A DNA stretch of 64,000 nucleotides. Origin: a bacterium (GTDB taxonomy: Bacteria > CG03). The notes beneath the pieces are model-generated. The model was not told where the DNA came from. It searched no databases and saw nothing but the letters and a program-made list of their open reading frames with translations. This document shows, piece after piece, positions 7,125-17,018 of the stretch; within the stretch, counting starts at the first letter, position 1; every line of letters starts with the position of its first letter. Made by a program: the position numbers and the translations under genes. The stretch spans positions 68,325 through 132,324 of the forward strand of contig JBDRRS010000013.1 of the NCBI GenBank assembly GCA_043825615.1, read 5' to 3'.

Positions 7125-10100
7125 CTAACCGAAAATTTTTTTGTAAAAAGGTTTTTTAACTTCCTTCAACTGTTTTTCGAGATTTTCAACTTCCTTCGTT
7201 AATTCCTTTCTCGTCGCATCCGTTATATAAAACTTGTCAAGAAGTTCGCGCCATTCACCGTCCCATTTGTCCTTCCTGCGGTCAAAGTCGTTCATTCTCC
7301 GTTCCAGTTCGGCGGCAGTTCTCAGACGTTCATTGTCCCACCTGTTTCTTTCTTTCTCAAAGATGACCCTTATATTCGCCAGTTCGTTTGCAAGCGCCTC
7401 CTTTTCGACGGCGGCGCGGGAGACCTTCAATCTGAAATCGTTGAGGCCCGATTCCTCTCTGGCGCGGGCCTCCGCCTCAACCGCTTTTTTCTCCTGTATG
7501 AAAAGGGTCTCTCTGTCTTTCAAAACATTTTTCAAATTAAGGATTTCGCCCTGAGAGTTCTTTACGTCCGCTTCCGCCTGCAGGATTCTTTCTCTCGATG
7601 CCGCCTGCGCCTCCTGCATATTTCTGATTTTATCCTCCACGGCAATCTTTTCATTGCGGAGGTTCCGAAGGTCATCATCTTTCTGCGCAGCAGCTTTTTT
7701 CAGGTCATCTATTGCGTTCTTCAGGTTTTCCTTTTCAATCGAATACGCATCTTTAATTCTGGAGAGCCCCTCCGCAAATTCCCGCTCTGTGACAAGCAGC
7801 CGCTTCTCGCGCTCGGAGAGTTCCGCTTCTTTTATTTCCAGTTTCTCTCCCCTGTTGGCTTCGGACAAAAGTTGTTTTTCAAGTGAAGTTATTTTTTCTT
7901 TGTCTCCTAAAATTTCCTTCTCCCGGTCCGCCAGGCGTTTCCTCCATTCGAAAACGATTTCTTCCTTTTCCCTCTTGAACTTTTCGCAGGCCGAACGGAG
8001 GTCAGACCCCTGCCGGTTCGCTTCCAGGAATTTGTTATAGTGCACGCTTACTTCGTCCCGCAGGCGGTTCCTTTCTCTTATAAAATCAAGCGTCTTCGTT
8101 TCAATTTCATTTTTTTTGCGGCGATCTATATCCTGTATCTGTATTTTTAAATTCCTGACTTCCTCTTCCGCCGTTTCTTTCTTGCTCACAAGCGCAATTT
8201 TTTCCGTTTCAAAAAGTTCCCTGAGATGTTTCCCCTTCTCCGAGCCGACTTCCTTCAAATTCTTTATTAAGTCCTCTCTGTTCGCCACCTGCAGTTCAAG
8301 GGCTTTCTTTTCGCTTTCAAAAGAGAAAATCTTCTTTTTAAAACCCTCAATTTCGTCGCTGCTCCTCTGCGTAATTGAGGCAATTTCGTAATCCTTTGAC
8401 TTTCTGATATCCGCTATATTTTTGTCTTTTAAAGTTATTGTCTCCGCGAGTTCCTTAATTTTCGTTTCACTTTCCACCCTTAAATTCTGCAGGGCCATTT
8501 CCCGCTCTTCCATCTCCTGAAAAAGTTTCATTCTATCGCGGCTGTCGCCGAGGCCCTTCGCCCTCAACTGTTCAACGTACATCTGCGACTGTCTCTCGGT
8601 TTCCTTTGAAAAACTTTCCAACTGCAGACGCAGTTTCTCCTGAATTTTCGATATTTCAAGTTTCAAACCTGAAATCTCCGATTCCCTTACATTAATCTGG
8701 ACGGAGAGGTTTGCCTCCGTTTCTTTTAATCTGGAATCCGCAAAATTAAGTTCCGCTTCTTTCGCCTTGAGAGAGGCGTCAATCACGGCGACTTCCTTCT
8801 CTGCCCGGGTGGCAATCCGGTTTTTCTCTTCTTCCTTCCTGTTGAGTTCTTCCCGGAATCTCTGCCTTTCCGCCTCAAACTGGCGGGTGGCGCTGGAAAT
8901 CTCGTCCTCAAACCTGTGTCTGGCGGAGGCGATTTCCATTTCCTTTTCCTTGTAAGAGTTCTGGATGAGCCCCTCTTTTTCAGCGAGGATATTTTTCAAT
9001 TTTTCCGTTTCGTCAACCTTCTCTAAAATCGTTTTGTGGAGTTCCTGCGCACGCATTTCAAACGACGATTTAAGAGCGGTCAGCTCGTTTATTTTTTCGT
9101 TAAACTGACTGACAAGTTCCGTCTCATGCTGCTGATGCTGTGATTTCAGTTCCACGATTTTATCGAACTTGTCTCTCTGGTTTGCGAAAATTTCCTCTTC
9201 CGCAAACTTCAGCCGGCGGGTCCAGTCGGCGTTTACTTCATTGATTTTTGCGGACAGGTTTTTTATTTCATCTTCCTTCGATGCGATTCCCCTGACGTAT
9301 TCCTCTTCCCTTTTCGCAAGCAGAACCCTGCCGCGCTCGAGCTGAACTCTCAGGTCTTCTATTCTGCTGTTAAAATTACTTCTGTTAGAGGCGCGCTCTC
9401 TTTTTAATTCCTCGATTTCCCTTTCCTTGATGAGGAGCGTTTCCGACAGGCGCTCTTTTTCGTCCAGAACTCTCTTAAGGCGGTGTTCTTCCTCCGCAAA
9501 ACGTTTTTCAAACGCCTCTTTCTCTTCCTGGATGCGGCTTTTTAAAAATTTAATTTCCTCCGCATCCTGCGCCTGAACCGCGTCAATTTCTTTTTCTTTT
9601 GAGTTAATCGCAATGCGGAATTCGGAATTCTGCCGCTCAATCTGCTGCTGGAACCCGAAGAGTTCGGCGTCTTTCTTTTTGTTCTGCTCGGCGAAACCGC
9701 GCCTTTCCTCTTCCAGCGTCTCATTCATCCGGGCAATCTGCTGCTCAAGGTCTTTTTTGGCGTTTTCAACTTTCTCAAGCCGCTCGGACCAGCCCCGTCG
9801 GGTCGAGTCCTCCCTTAAAACCGACTCCGCCCGCACCACATTGCTTGACTCTTCAAGTTCCTGTATTCTTCTTAAACTTTCAGCGCGCTCCCTCTCAATC
9901 TGACTCCGGAGTTCGGAAAGCAACCTCTCCTTCTCCGAAACATACTCCGCCAGTTTCTTTTCCGTTTCAAAGATTCTCGCCTTTGCTTCCTTTATATCCC
10001 TGTCCTTCAACTGCAGCTGAACGCCCGACTGGGAACGCTCCGACTCAACCGTTGTGTTTAACTTGACAATCTCATCCTTCAAGTCGAGAATTTTCTGATT

Positions 10101-10733
10101 CAGTTCATTTTCCCTGAGGATGTTCTCGCCCCGGATGAGACCTGTGTCTTCCTGTGATTTGTCAATCTCCGCATTCATTGCCTTGAGTTCTTCCGATTTT
10201 GCCGAAAGTTCCTTGCGGAGGTCTGAAATTTTCTCCTCGATTTTCGATGATATTTCTTCTTTCTCTTTTGCCGAGGCTGTGAGTTTGTCTTCGTAACCCT
10301 TTTTCAGAAAAGAAATGTTTTTTTCAAGATTTTCTACCTGGTCTAAAAGATTTTTCTCTCTCTCAAAAAACCGGCGGCGTTCCTGTTCCTGGACGGAAAC
10401 CGATTCGGATTCCTTTACGGCGATTTCCGCATACAGGGAATTTTTTTCTTCTTCCCGGTTTTTCAGAAGCTGTTCCCAAGTTCTTCTCTCGTCCCTGTAT
10501 TCCTCGTCCGTTTTCTGCAGCCGGTTCTGCAGGTCTTTTAATCCGGAAAGAAGAGAACTTTCTCTCTCTTTGAATTCCGTCCTGAGAGCAATGTTTTCCG
10601 ACTGGATTTTAAGAATTTTTTCGGAATACTCGCCCCTCTCTCTTTCAAGACGGGCTTTCAGAAACTCGATTTCCGAAAGCATGTCCTCTTTCAGTTTTGA
10701 AATATCCTCGGTATCTAACTTGCGTTTCTCCAT
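7125..10733 (-). CDS. giant coiled-coil protein (1202 aa; E/K/R/L-rich heptad-like sequence throughout)
   Basis: Continuous 3.6-kb ORF with no enzymatic motifs; the composition is typical of a long alpha-helical coiled coil. The opposite strand shows only low-complexity S/F-rich shadow ORFs. Confidence 0.7.
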   Translation of the reverse strand: MEKRKLDTEDISKLKEDMLSEIEFLKARLERERGEYSEKILKIQSENIALRTEFKERESSLLSGLKDLQNRLQKTDEEYRDERRTWEQLLKNREEEKNSLYAEIAVKESESVSVQEQERRRFFEREKNLLDQVENLEKNISFLKKGYEDKLTASAKEKEEISSKIEEKISDLRKELSAKSEELKAMNAEIDKSQEDTGLIRGENILRENELNQKILDLKDEIVKLNTTVESERSQSGVQLQLKDRDIKEAKARIFETEKKLAEYVSEKERLLSELRSQIERERAESLRRIQELEESSNVVRAESVLREDSTRRGWSERLEKVENAKKDLEQQIARMNETLEEERRGFAEQNKKKDAELFGFQQQIERQNSEFRIAINSKEKEIDAVQAQDAEEIKFLKSRIQEEKEAFEKRFAEEEHRLKRVLDEKERLSETLLIKEREIEELKRERASNRSNFNSRIEDLRVQLERGRVLLAKREEEYVRGIASKEDEIKNLSAKINEVNADWTRRLKFAEEEIFANQRDKFDKIVELKSQHQQHETELVSQFNEKINELTALKSSFEMRAQELHKTILEKVDETEKLKNILAEKEGLIQNSYKEKEMEIASARHRFEDEISSATRQFEAERQRFREELNRKEEEKNRIATRAEKEVAVIDASLKAKEAELNFADSRLKETEANLSVQINVRESEISGLKLEISKIQEKLRLQLESFSKETERQSQMYVEQLRAKGLGDSRDRMKLFQEMEEREMALQNLRVESETKIKELAETITLKDKNIADIRKSKDYEIASITQRSSDEIEGFKKKIFSFESEKKALELQVANREDLIKNLKEVGSEKGKHLRELFETEKIALVSKKETAEEEVRNLKIQIQDIDRRKKNEIETKTLDFIRERNRLRDEVSVHYNKFLEANRQGSDLRSACEKFKREKEEIVFEWRKRLADREKEILGDKEKITSLEKQLLSEANRGEKLEIKEAELSEREKRLLVTEREFAEGLSRIKDAYSIEKENLKNAIDDLKKAAAQKDDDLRNLRNEKIAVEDKIRNMQEAQAASRERILQAEADVKNSQGEILNLKNVLKDRETLFIQEKKAVEAEARAREESGLNDFRLKVSRAAVEKEALANELANIRVIFEKERNRWDNERLRTAAELERRMNDFDRRKDKWDGEWRELLDKFYITDATRKELTKEVENLEKQLKEVKKPFYKKIFG

Positions 10734-10899
10734 TCTTTCTCCGATTGATCCTTTCTGCTCATTGTCCTGTTATTTGACAAATTTTTATTCCACTTGTAAA
10801 GAGGGAAATTTCAGAACCGGCGACTGCAAGGCCTGCAACACCCCCCGCATCAACAATCTGACAGCAAAAATTAACCCGTCAGCTCCGCCTTTTTCCTTC

Positions 10900-10928
10900 T
10901 TGACAGGTGGACAATACGGTATTATAAT
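10900..10928 (+). promoter_or_regulatory. consensus sigma-70-type promoter (TTGACA-17 nt-TATAAT)
   Basis: TTGACA at 10900..10905 and TATAAT at 10923..10928, exact 17-nt spacer. About 28 nt upstream of the TTG start of the HTH gene; an AAGGGAG SD precedes the start. Confidence 0.55.
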
Positions 10929-10956
10929 AGACAACAATGGAAATTAAGGGAGTATT

Positions 10957-11187
10957 TTGACGCAGGATATATTGACAATCAGACAGGTCGCCGGTTACCT
11001 GCAGTTGAATGAAAAGACAATTTACAGGATGATTAAGTCCGGAAAGATACCTTGCTTCAGAATCAGCGGTTCATGGAGATTCAAAAAGTCCGCTGTGGAA
11101 ACGTGGATTGACTCTCTTAATACTTTTACCGGAACCCCTGGCGCAGCGCCCGCCCGGCGGCGTACAGTAAAAATGAGGAAGACATAA
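10957..11187 (+). CDS. small HTH DNA-binding protein (excisionase/MerR-like HTH_17 family), TTG start
   Basis: 76 aa. 'LTIRQVAGYLQLNEKTIYRMIKSGKIPCFRISGSWRF' is the excisionase-family HTH. First gene of a + strand cluster. Confidence 0.6.
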   Translation: MTQDILTIRQVAGYLQLNEKTIYRMIKSGKIPCFRISGSWRFKKSAVETWIDSLNTFTGTPGAAPARRRTVKMRKT

Positions 11188-11188
11188 A

Positions 11189-14100
11189 ATGCCGTATTTC
11201 CTTTTAGTTTTAGCGGCATCTTTTATCGGGTATAAAGTAATCCCCAGGCCTCCCGTATATCAGAAATCAGCGATTGTAATTACCGAAGACAAAAAAGATT
11301 ACGGGCAAAACATTGCAGCCGAAAAAGTAAAAGAGTCCGACGGCACAAACAGGGAACCGCCGCCGGACAAACATCCTGCAACACTTACCGAATACATGGA
11401 AGAAAATATAAAAGACGGTGCGGATAAGAATTTTATCAAAGAAACCATTCCGCCGGGAACGAAAACGACTGCTATTGACCTGCTCAGAGCGCCCGGCGAA
11501 AAACCGCCGGGGCCTCGGGCCGAGGACTGGATTGATGCGGAAATAAAAACTCTCGTTTTTACGGGGTTTGACGAACCGTCAAAGAGCATTACGGATTTCT
11601 TTAAGCGTCGGGAATATGCGCGGCTTGAAAAACTAATTTTAAAAGATACCACCGTAAATAAAATGTACGGACATTATATACTCGGGGAAATTAAATTTAA
11701 GAACGGGAAATACGGCGAGGCAATAAAACATTATGATATGGCGGCAAGTTCGCCCGCAGAGCAGGGGCTGGCGGAATTTGCGTCATTCAGAAAAGCGGAA
11801 TCCCTTTATAATATGGGGAAATTTGAACAGGCGGGGGAAGTTTTCAGCGCAATCCCGTGCGGGAGTAAATTTCTCATACCTGAAACAGAGTTCTCAAAGG
11901 CGCAGTGTTATCTGAAAACAGGAAAAACAAAAACAGCAGCCGGCATAATGGAACAACTGATGTCAAAATATGAAGGGTATACTGCAAGCGACAAAGCCAA
12001 TTACTGCACAGGCCTTATCCTCTACTATCAGGGTCGGGGCAGCGAGGCGAAAAACTTTTTTGAAAGGGCTGCAAACGCTAACTTCGAAGAGCAGACCTTG
12101 AGTGAATTTTATCTGGCCAAATGTCTTGAGGCGGAGGGCCGGCTTCTGCAGGCAAGCGCGCTCTTTAAAAAAATCCATGACGAGAACAAAAAAAGCGCGG
12201 TAGCCGGCGATGCAATGTTCTGCCGGGGAATGATTTTTTACAGAATGAAGGAATACGACTCCGCCGCAGAGATTTTCCTGAACGTTCTCAGAAAATATCC
12301 CGCAGGCGCATACGCTCCTTACGCACGGTTTATGACGGGTTGCTGCCGGTTTGAGACCGGACAGTACAGAACCGCAATTGCAAACTGCGAACATTTTATG
12401 CGGGATTCCAGAGGCAGGGAACCGGAGTCGCGCATACATCATCTCTCCGCAAGGTCCTACGCCAAACTCGGGCAATACAAAACTGCCTGCGAGAAATACC
12501 GGAAAATAATTGCGGACAATCCCGACGCCGCATGCGATCTTGCCCTGCTTCATTACAGCGCCGGAAAGTATGACGAGTCGCTTCATGTCTGCAGGAACTT
12601 ATTAAAAAATAAAAAAAATCTTTGTTTTGACATTGAAAAAAACATTCTGTTTTTAAAAGCAATGAATCATTACATGAAAGGCGACGCTAAAGAAGCAGCC
12701 GCACAGTTCCAGGGAATAATCAACAGCGTCCCTGATAAAGAGGTAAGAGGAAAAGCATTATTTATGCTCGGCATGCAGTACATGAATACAGGGAGAGAAG
12801 ACCTGCTTACAACCGGTTATCTTGACTTGGCCGACAGGGAAGAAATTTTTTCAAACAACTGGAGAGCATGGGCGTATTATCTCGTAGGAAACGCATATTA
12901 CAGCGCCGGACAAATGGAGTCGGCCGAAAAAACATTTGAATTTATTATAGAAAATTACCCTGAGGCGCCGGCAGCGAAGTTCGCAGAAAGCGCAAATGTC
13001 GCCTGCAAGGTTGCGAAAGGCGATTACGCTGCGGCGGAGTTGAAGAACAGGGAATTTCTCGCGAATTTCGGAGACGATGAAACTGTCAGGAAAACATCTC
13101 TGCTCGCCGCAGCCGGCCTTCTTTTTAACAGGGAGAACTACCGTGAAGCAATCGCCGCCTGTAAGGATTTTATAAAAAATTATCCGCGCGACGAAACCGT
13201 TTGCGAGGCGCTGTTCCTGGAAGGCGAGTGCCTTTATAATCTCGGACATTTTAATGATGCCTGTGAACGCTGGAAAAAAATTATCGCCGGAAATTTTGAT
13301 TCCCTGTACATTCTTAAGTCGTACAACCGCCTCGCCGGCACGAATTTCGGTCTCGGAAAATATGATACGGCTGTATTCTATTACCGCGGGATAAGAAAAT
13401 ATTTTCCGGAAAGCGATTTGTCCACAGACGCGCAGCTACGCATAGCGCAGAGCCTTTACAACCGCGGCAAATTCGGGGCCGCAATCGACGAATACAAAAA
13501 ATTTCTCCGCCTCTACCCTGATGATGCGAGAAAAAAAGAAGTTCTTGAAAGCATCAGGATGGCTTATTATGAAAAGGGGATGAAAGAGCCGGGCGGGCGG
13601 GGCCTGGCGGAATTCATAACACTTTACCCGGGGGGAGAACTTTCCGGAGAAGCATACTGGCAGCTCGGCATAAGGGCTTTTGAAAAGAAACAATACCGCC
13701 AGGCAGCAAAGCTCTTCCGCAAAATCATCATTGAATACCCGCAGATACAATCGTCGAAACTGTCTCTTTATTACCTGGCGGAAAGTTATTATATGACGGG
13801 GAAGTATGAAGACGCGGTCAACGCATTTGAAAATTTTATCGGAAGTTTCCCCGAAGATACTCTGCGGCCTGTTTCGGAATTTCATATGGCTAACGCTCTT
13901 TTCAAAATGGGAAAAATAGAGGAAAGTCAAAACCATTACAGTAATTTACTGAACAGTTCTCCGGAGAATGCCTTTGCCGGCGATGCGGCGCTCAATAAAG
14001 CGCTCTGCTTCAAAAAATTAAAAAAATGGAAGGATGCCGTAAGCGAATACAAACTCTTCATCAGAAAATACCCGGAACACAGAAAGAAGGAATATGCAAT

Positions 14101-14485
14101 GTTTCAGGTCGCCGAAATAAACAGGAACAGCGGGAATTATAAAGAAGCGGCGGACTACTACGCAGAAATACGGGAAAGCGGAGAGACATCCGAATCCGAA
14201 TTACTGTATCAGGCGGCGGAGTGTTACAGGGCATCCGGAGACATTGCAAAGGCAAAGCAGTATTATGTGAACCTCTCCGACTTGAAAAAATACGAAAAAA
14301 CATTCTACCTGCCGGGCCTTGTGCAGCTTGCGGAGATTTTTCTGAAGGAGGGTTCCGGCAGCGAAGCGGTCCGCGTTTATAAAAAAATCATGGCGAACAC
14401 CGAAAACGAGGAATGGCTGGCTGCAGCGGAAGCAAAAATAATCGAAATTGAAGAAAAAAATAAGCGTAATGAAAAACAGCCCTAA
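11189..14485 (+). CDS. large tetratricopeptide-repeat protein with N-terminal TM anchor
   Basis: 1098 aa. Repeated 34-residue units with the A/G/Y/F TPR signature throughout (many 'YYxxGxYxxAxxxF' units). N-terminus 'MPYFLLVLAASFIGY' is hydrophobic. Confidence 0.8.
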   Translation: MPYFLLVLAASFIGYKVIPRPPVYQKSAIVITEDKKDYGQNIAAEKVKESDGTNREPPPDKHPATLTEYMEENIKDGADKNFIKETIPPGTKTTAIDLLRAPGEKPPGPRAEDWIDAEIKTLVFTGFDEPSKSITDFFKRREYARLEKLILKDTTVNKMYGHYILGEIKFKNGKYGEAIKHYDMAASSPAEQGLAEFASFRKAESLYNMGKFEQAGEVFSAIPCGSKFLIPETEFSKAQCYLKTGKTKTAAGIMEQLMSKYEGYTASDKANYCTGLILYYQGRGSEAKNFFERAANANFEEQTLSEFYLAKCLEAEGRLLQASALFKKIHDENKKSAVAGDAMFCRGMIFYRMKEYDSAAEIFLNVLRKYPAGAYAPYARFMTGCCRFETGQYRTAIANCEHFMRDSRGREPESRIHHLSARSYAKLGQYKTACEKYRKIIADNPDAACDLALLHYSAGKYDESLHVCRNLLKNKKNLCFDIEKNILFLKAMNHYMKGDAKEAAAQFQGIINSVPDKEVRGKALFMLGMQYMNTGREDLLTTGYLDLADREEIFSNNWRAWAYYLVGNAYYSAGQMESAEKTFEFIIENYPEAPAAKFAESANVACKVAKGDYAAAELKNREFLANFGDDETVRKTSLLAAAGLLFNRENYREAIAACKDFIKNYPRDETVCEALFLEGECLYNLGHFNDACERWKKIIAGNFDSLYILKSYNRLAGTNFGLGKYDTAVFYYRGIRKYFPESDLSTDAQLRIAQSLYNRGKFGAAIDEYKKFLRLYPDDARKKEVLESIRMAYYEKGMKEPGGRGLAEFITLYPGGELSGEAYWQLGIRAFEKKQYRQAAKLFRKIIIEYPQIQSSKLSLYYLAESYYMTGKYEDAVNAFENFIGSFPEDTLRPVSEFHMANALFKMGKIEESQNHYSNLLNSSPENAFAGDAALNKALCFKKLKKWKDAVSEYKLFIRKYPEHRKKEYAMFQVAEINRNSGNYKEAADYYAEIRESGETSESELLYQAAECYRASGDIAKAKQYYVNLSDLKKYEKTFYLPGLVQLAEIFLKEGSGSEAVRVYKKIMANTENEEWLAAAEAKIIEIEEKNKRNEKQP

Positions 14486-14500
14486 ATAAAGGAGGCGGAT

Positions 14501-15136
14501 GTGTTGCAGGATTTATCTCTCGTGCAGGTTTTTGTAAAGAGCTTTGCGATGTGGATTCTTCTGATAATTTCCATTGCGGGTCTGACATATTCCATAGAGC
14601 GAATCATCTACTTCGTCAGAAACAGAAAGGATATCAGGGATTTCTGCGACAGAATAAAAAAGATGATTGCAAATGCCCGGTTTCCTGAAATTATTGCCGT
14701 TTGCCGCCGGGAACCTTCCCCTGTATCCAGAATGGTGGAAAACGGACTGAAAGAACCGGAGAGAGATACCTCAATCATATACGAACTGATGACGAATATA
14801 ATAAACCGCGAGAAGGTTCACATGGAAAACAATGTCGGGGTGCTCGGCACGGTCAGCCACATTTCCCCGCTCGTGGGTCTTCTCGGAACGGTCGTGGGAA
14901 TAATCAAGTCCTTTCACAGCATTGCGTTAACGGGTTCCGGCGGAGCGGAAGTCGTCGCGATGGGCGTTGCGGAAGCGCTCATAACAACGGCGGCAGGAAT
15001 ATGCATAGCGGTTCCCGCTGTCATCCTTTACAATTACTTCGTCAGAAAGATATCCGTAACCGTTCAGGCGCTTTCAATAGCAAGGGACGAGATAATAACG
15101 GAACTGAAAATAAAAAGGCTGGAAGAAAATGTATGA
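14501..15136 (+). CDS. exbB: MotA/TolQ/ExbB proton-channel protein
   Basis: 211 aa with three TM segments. The C-terminal 'GLLGTVVGIIKSF...AEALITTAAGICIAVPAV' is the ExbB/TolQ signature region. Confidence 0.85.
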   Translation: MLQDLSLVQVFVKSFAMWILLIISIAGLTYSIERIIYFVRNRKDIRDFCDRIKKMIANARFPEIIAVCRREPSPVSRMVENGLKEPERDTSIIYELMTNIINREKVHMENNVGVLGTVSHISPLVGLLGTVVGIIKSFHSIALTGSGGAEVVAMGVAEALITTAAGICIAVPAVILYNYFVRKISVTVQALSIARDEIITELKIKRLEENV

Positions 15137-15524
15137 AGCAAAAATAAGCCCTAACGTTCTTTCCCTCACGGATTCGGCGCTGACTCTTATCGTGGTTTTT
15201 CTGGTAACGCTCCCTGCGATGTTCTGGAGCGGGATAAATGTTGACACCGCAAAAGCTGCGGCAGGAGCGGGAGACGGTGTCTCCGGGACCCTGATTGTAA
15301 ATGTATCAAGAAGGTCCCTTTATGTAAACGGAAAACCGACGGCATTTTTCCGACTGAAGAAAGTTCTTTACGATGAACTTGGCGGCAGAAAGCCGGGGGA
15401 AGTTGTGATTGCGCCCGACGGGGACGTGACTCTCAATCGGCTGGTTACGGTTTTTGACGCTGTGCGCAGGGCCGGGGCGGAAAAACTGGTTCTGCTTGAC
15501 GACATGGAAGGGGACGGTTCTTGA
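15129..15524 (+). CDS. exbD: ExbD/TolR biopolymer transport protein
   Basis: 131 aa. Single N-terminal TM plus periplasmic domain, ExbD-like. Overlaps exbB. Confidence 0.8.
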   Translation: MYEAKISPNVLSLTDSALTLIVVFLVTLPAMFWSGINVDTAKAAAGAGDGVSGTLIVNVSRRSLYVNGKPTAFFRLKKVLYDELGGRKPGEVVIAPDGDVTLNRLVTVFDAVRRAGAEKLVLLDDMEGDGS

Positions 15525-15546
15525 AAAGACCCGTCCCCAACAAAAT

Positions 15547-15930
15547 ATGGAACAGCAGATTAATATAGACCTGATGCCGCTGACGAGCATGGCGCTGATA
15601 ATTCTGCTGATTCTTATGATAATGTCGCCGGGCATCGCAAACAGGGGGATTGCCGTAAACCTCCCCGCCTCAGAAACGGCTGAAGATGAAAAACCGGCCA
15701 ATGTTGTGGTGGCGCTGGCGGAGGACGGAAGAATTGAGGTCAACGGCATTGAGACAGATATCTCCGGGCTGAGACCTTTATTGGGCGGGGAATTGAAAAC
15801 ATCCCCGGAAAGAGTTGTTCTGATTCGCGCAGACAAAAACCTCTTGTACTCCGATATTGAATTTGTTCTGCGGCTCTGCCGGGAATGCGGCGCTGAAAAA
15901 ATCGCTCTCGGGGCGGAAAGGAAAAAATGA
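15547..15930 (+). CDS. exbD: second ExbD/TolR paralogue
   Basis: Starts at 'MEQQINIDLMPLTSMALIILLILMIMSP', the ExbD N-terminal pattern. The ORF-track start at 15454 is probably upstream read-through. Confidence 0.7.
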   Translation: MEQQINIDLMPLTSMALIILLILMIMSPGIANRGIAVNLPASETAEDEKPANVVVALAEDGRIEVNGIETDISGLRPLLGGELKTSPERVVLIRADKNLLYSDIEFVLRLCRECGAEKIALGAERKK

Positions 15931-17018
15931 GCCGCGATATTTTATATTCTTTTATGGGTTCCTGCGCCATTCATCTGACAATGGCTGCGGCGGTGTTATC
16001 CTTAACCAACAATGCCCGCAAAACAAAGCCCGACAAAATTTATTTTACAGAAGTTTCTTTTGCGCGGATAGATGATAAAAAAATAGACGCCATAATAAAG
16101 AAAATCCAAAAAACAAAGAAACGGACATCCTCTCTTTTTACGCTTCCTTCCAAAATAAAAACCAAATCCGTGGACGGCCTGGCGGAAACTCATATACCCG
16201 GCAGAAAATTTAAAAACCGCGGAAATAAAACTTCGGAAAGGACGCAGGAGTTGAGAAATAACAAAGCGGATATCTCATCCTTACCTTTCCCCTCCTTAAA
16301 AATCGGCTCTGACGATAAAGCCCTTCTCTTTGAAGGTCAAGAAACTCCCCTCGCCGGAAGCGCTATGCCGGGTCACATAGAAAAAGGCGGCTCCTTAAAA
16401 AACCGGAAGCCGGAAAGTATCGGGAAAGAGTTTGAAGCGAAACCCGTAAACCGGAGGACAGGAGACATCCTTTCGGATATAAGAACAGAAACGACCGGCG
16501 AAAACCGGACTGAAATTCCCGTAGAACCCGCCGACATATCAGGATACGGCCTCATCGGGGCGGCCGGCGGGAATGAAAAAGGAAAAGCATTCCCGCAGGC
16601 ATTGACAAATCCTCCGGAAGAAAAGCCACTCAAAGATACGGCTCCGTCCTTTAACGCCGGAAAAATCCGGGGCGGCCAATCGTCGCGCAGCAAAGAAAAA
16701 TCCGTTCTTGACACAGGCGGCAGCGGAATAACAATCTCCGGAGAAATAAGAAACAGGGAAATACTGAAGTCATACATACCGGAATACCCGCCGTGGCTGA
16801 AAGAAGAAGGAGTGGAACCTGTAGTGGTCTTGAGATTTACGGTGCTTCCCGGCGGGCACGTGAAAGACAGAATCTTTGTCAAGAGAACTTCCGGCTATAA
16901 AAAACTGGACGACCTCGCAATAAAAGAAATGCTAAAATGGATTTTTGCCCCTGCGCGAGGAGGAAATGCAGGAAGAGAAGAAACGGGAGAAATAATTTTC
17001 AAGTTTTCATTAAAATGA
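15927..17018 (+). CDS. tonB: TonB-like energy transducer (TM anchor, low-complexity linker, C-terminal TonB domain)
   Basis: The C-terminal ~80 aa 'PEYPPWLKEEGVEPVVVLRFTVLPGGHVKDRIFVKRTSGYKKLDDLAIKEMLKWIFAP' matches the TonB_C fold pattern. Confidence 0.7.
   Translation: MSRDILYSFMGSCAIHLTMAAAVLSLTNNARKTKPDKIYFTEVSFARIDDKKIDAIIKKIQKTKKRTSSLFTLPSKIKTKSVDGLAETHIPGRKFKNRGNKTSERTQELRNNKADISSLPFPSLKIGSDDKALLFEGQETPLAGSAMPGHIEKGGSLKNRKPESIGKEFEAKPVNRRTGDILSDIRTETTGENRTEIPVEPADISGYGLIGAAGGNEKGKAFPQALTNPPEEKPLKDTAPSFNAGKIRGGQSSRSKEKSVLDTGGSGITISGEIRNREILKSYIPEYPPWLKEEGVEPVVVLRFTVLPGGHVKDRIFVKRTSGYKKLDDLAIKEMLKWIFAPARGGNAGREETGEIIFKFSLK

Noticed and set aside
7234-10066. Numerous 60-210-aa ORFs on the strand opposite the giant coiled-coil genes (also 22605..25561 and 10315..10947)
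   Set aside because: They are low-complexity S/F/L-rich translations of the reverse complement of GAA/AAG-rich codons. They are shadow ORFs with no start context and no motifs.
14701-15147. 148-aa alternative-frame ORF inside exbB
   Set aside because: It is an R/G-rich out-of-frame translation of a confidently assigned ExbB gene, with no start context.
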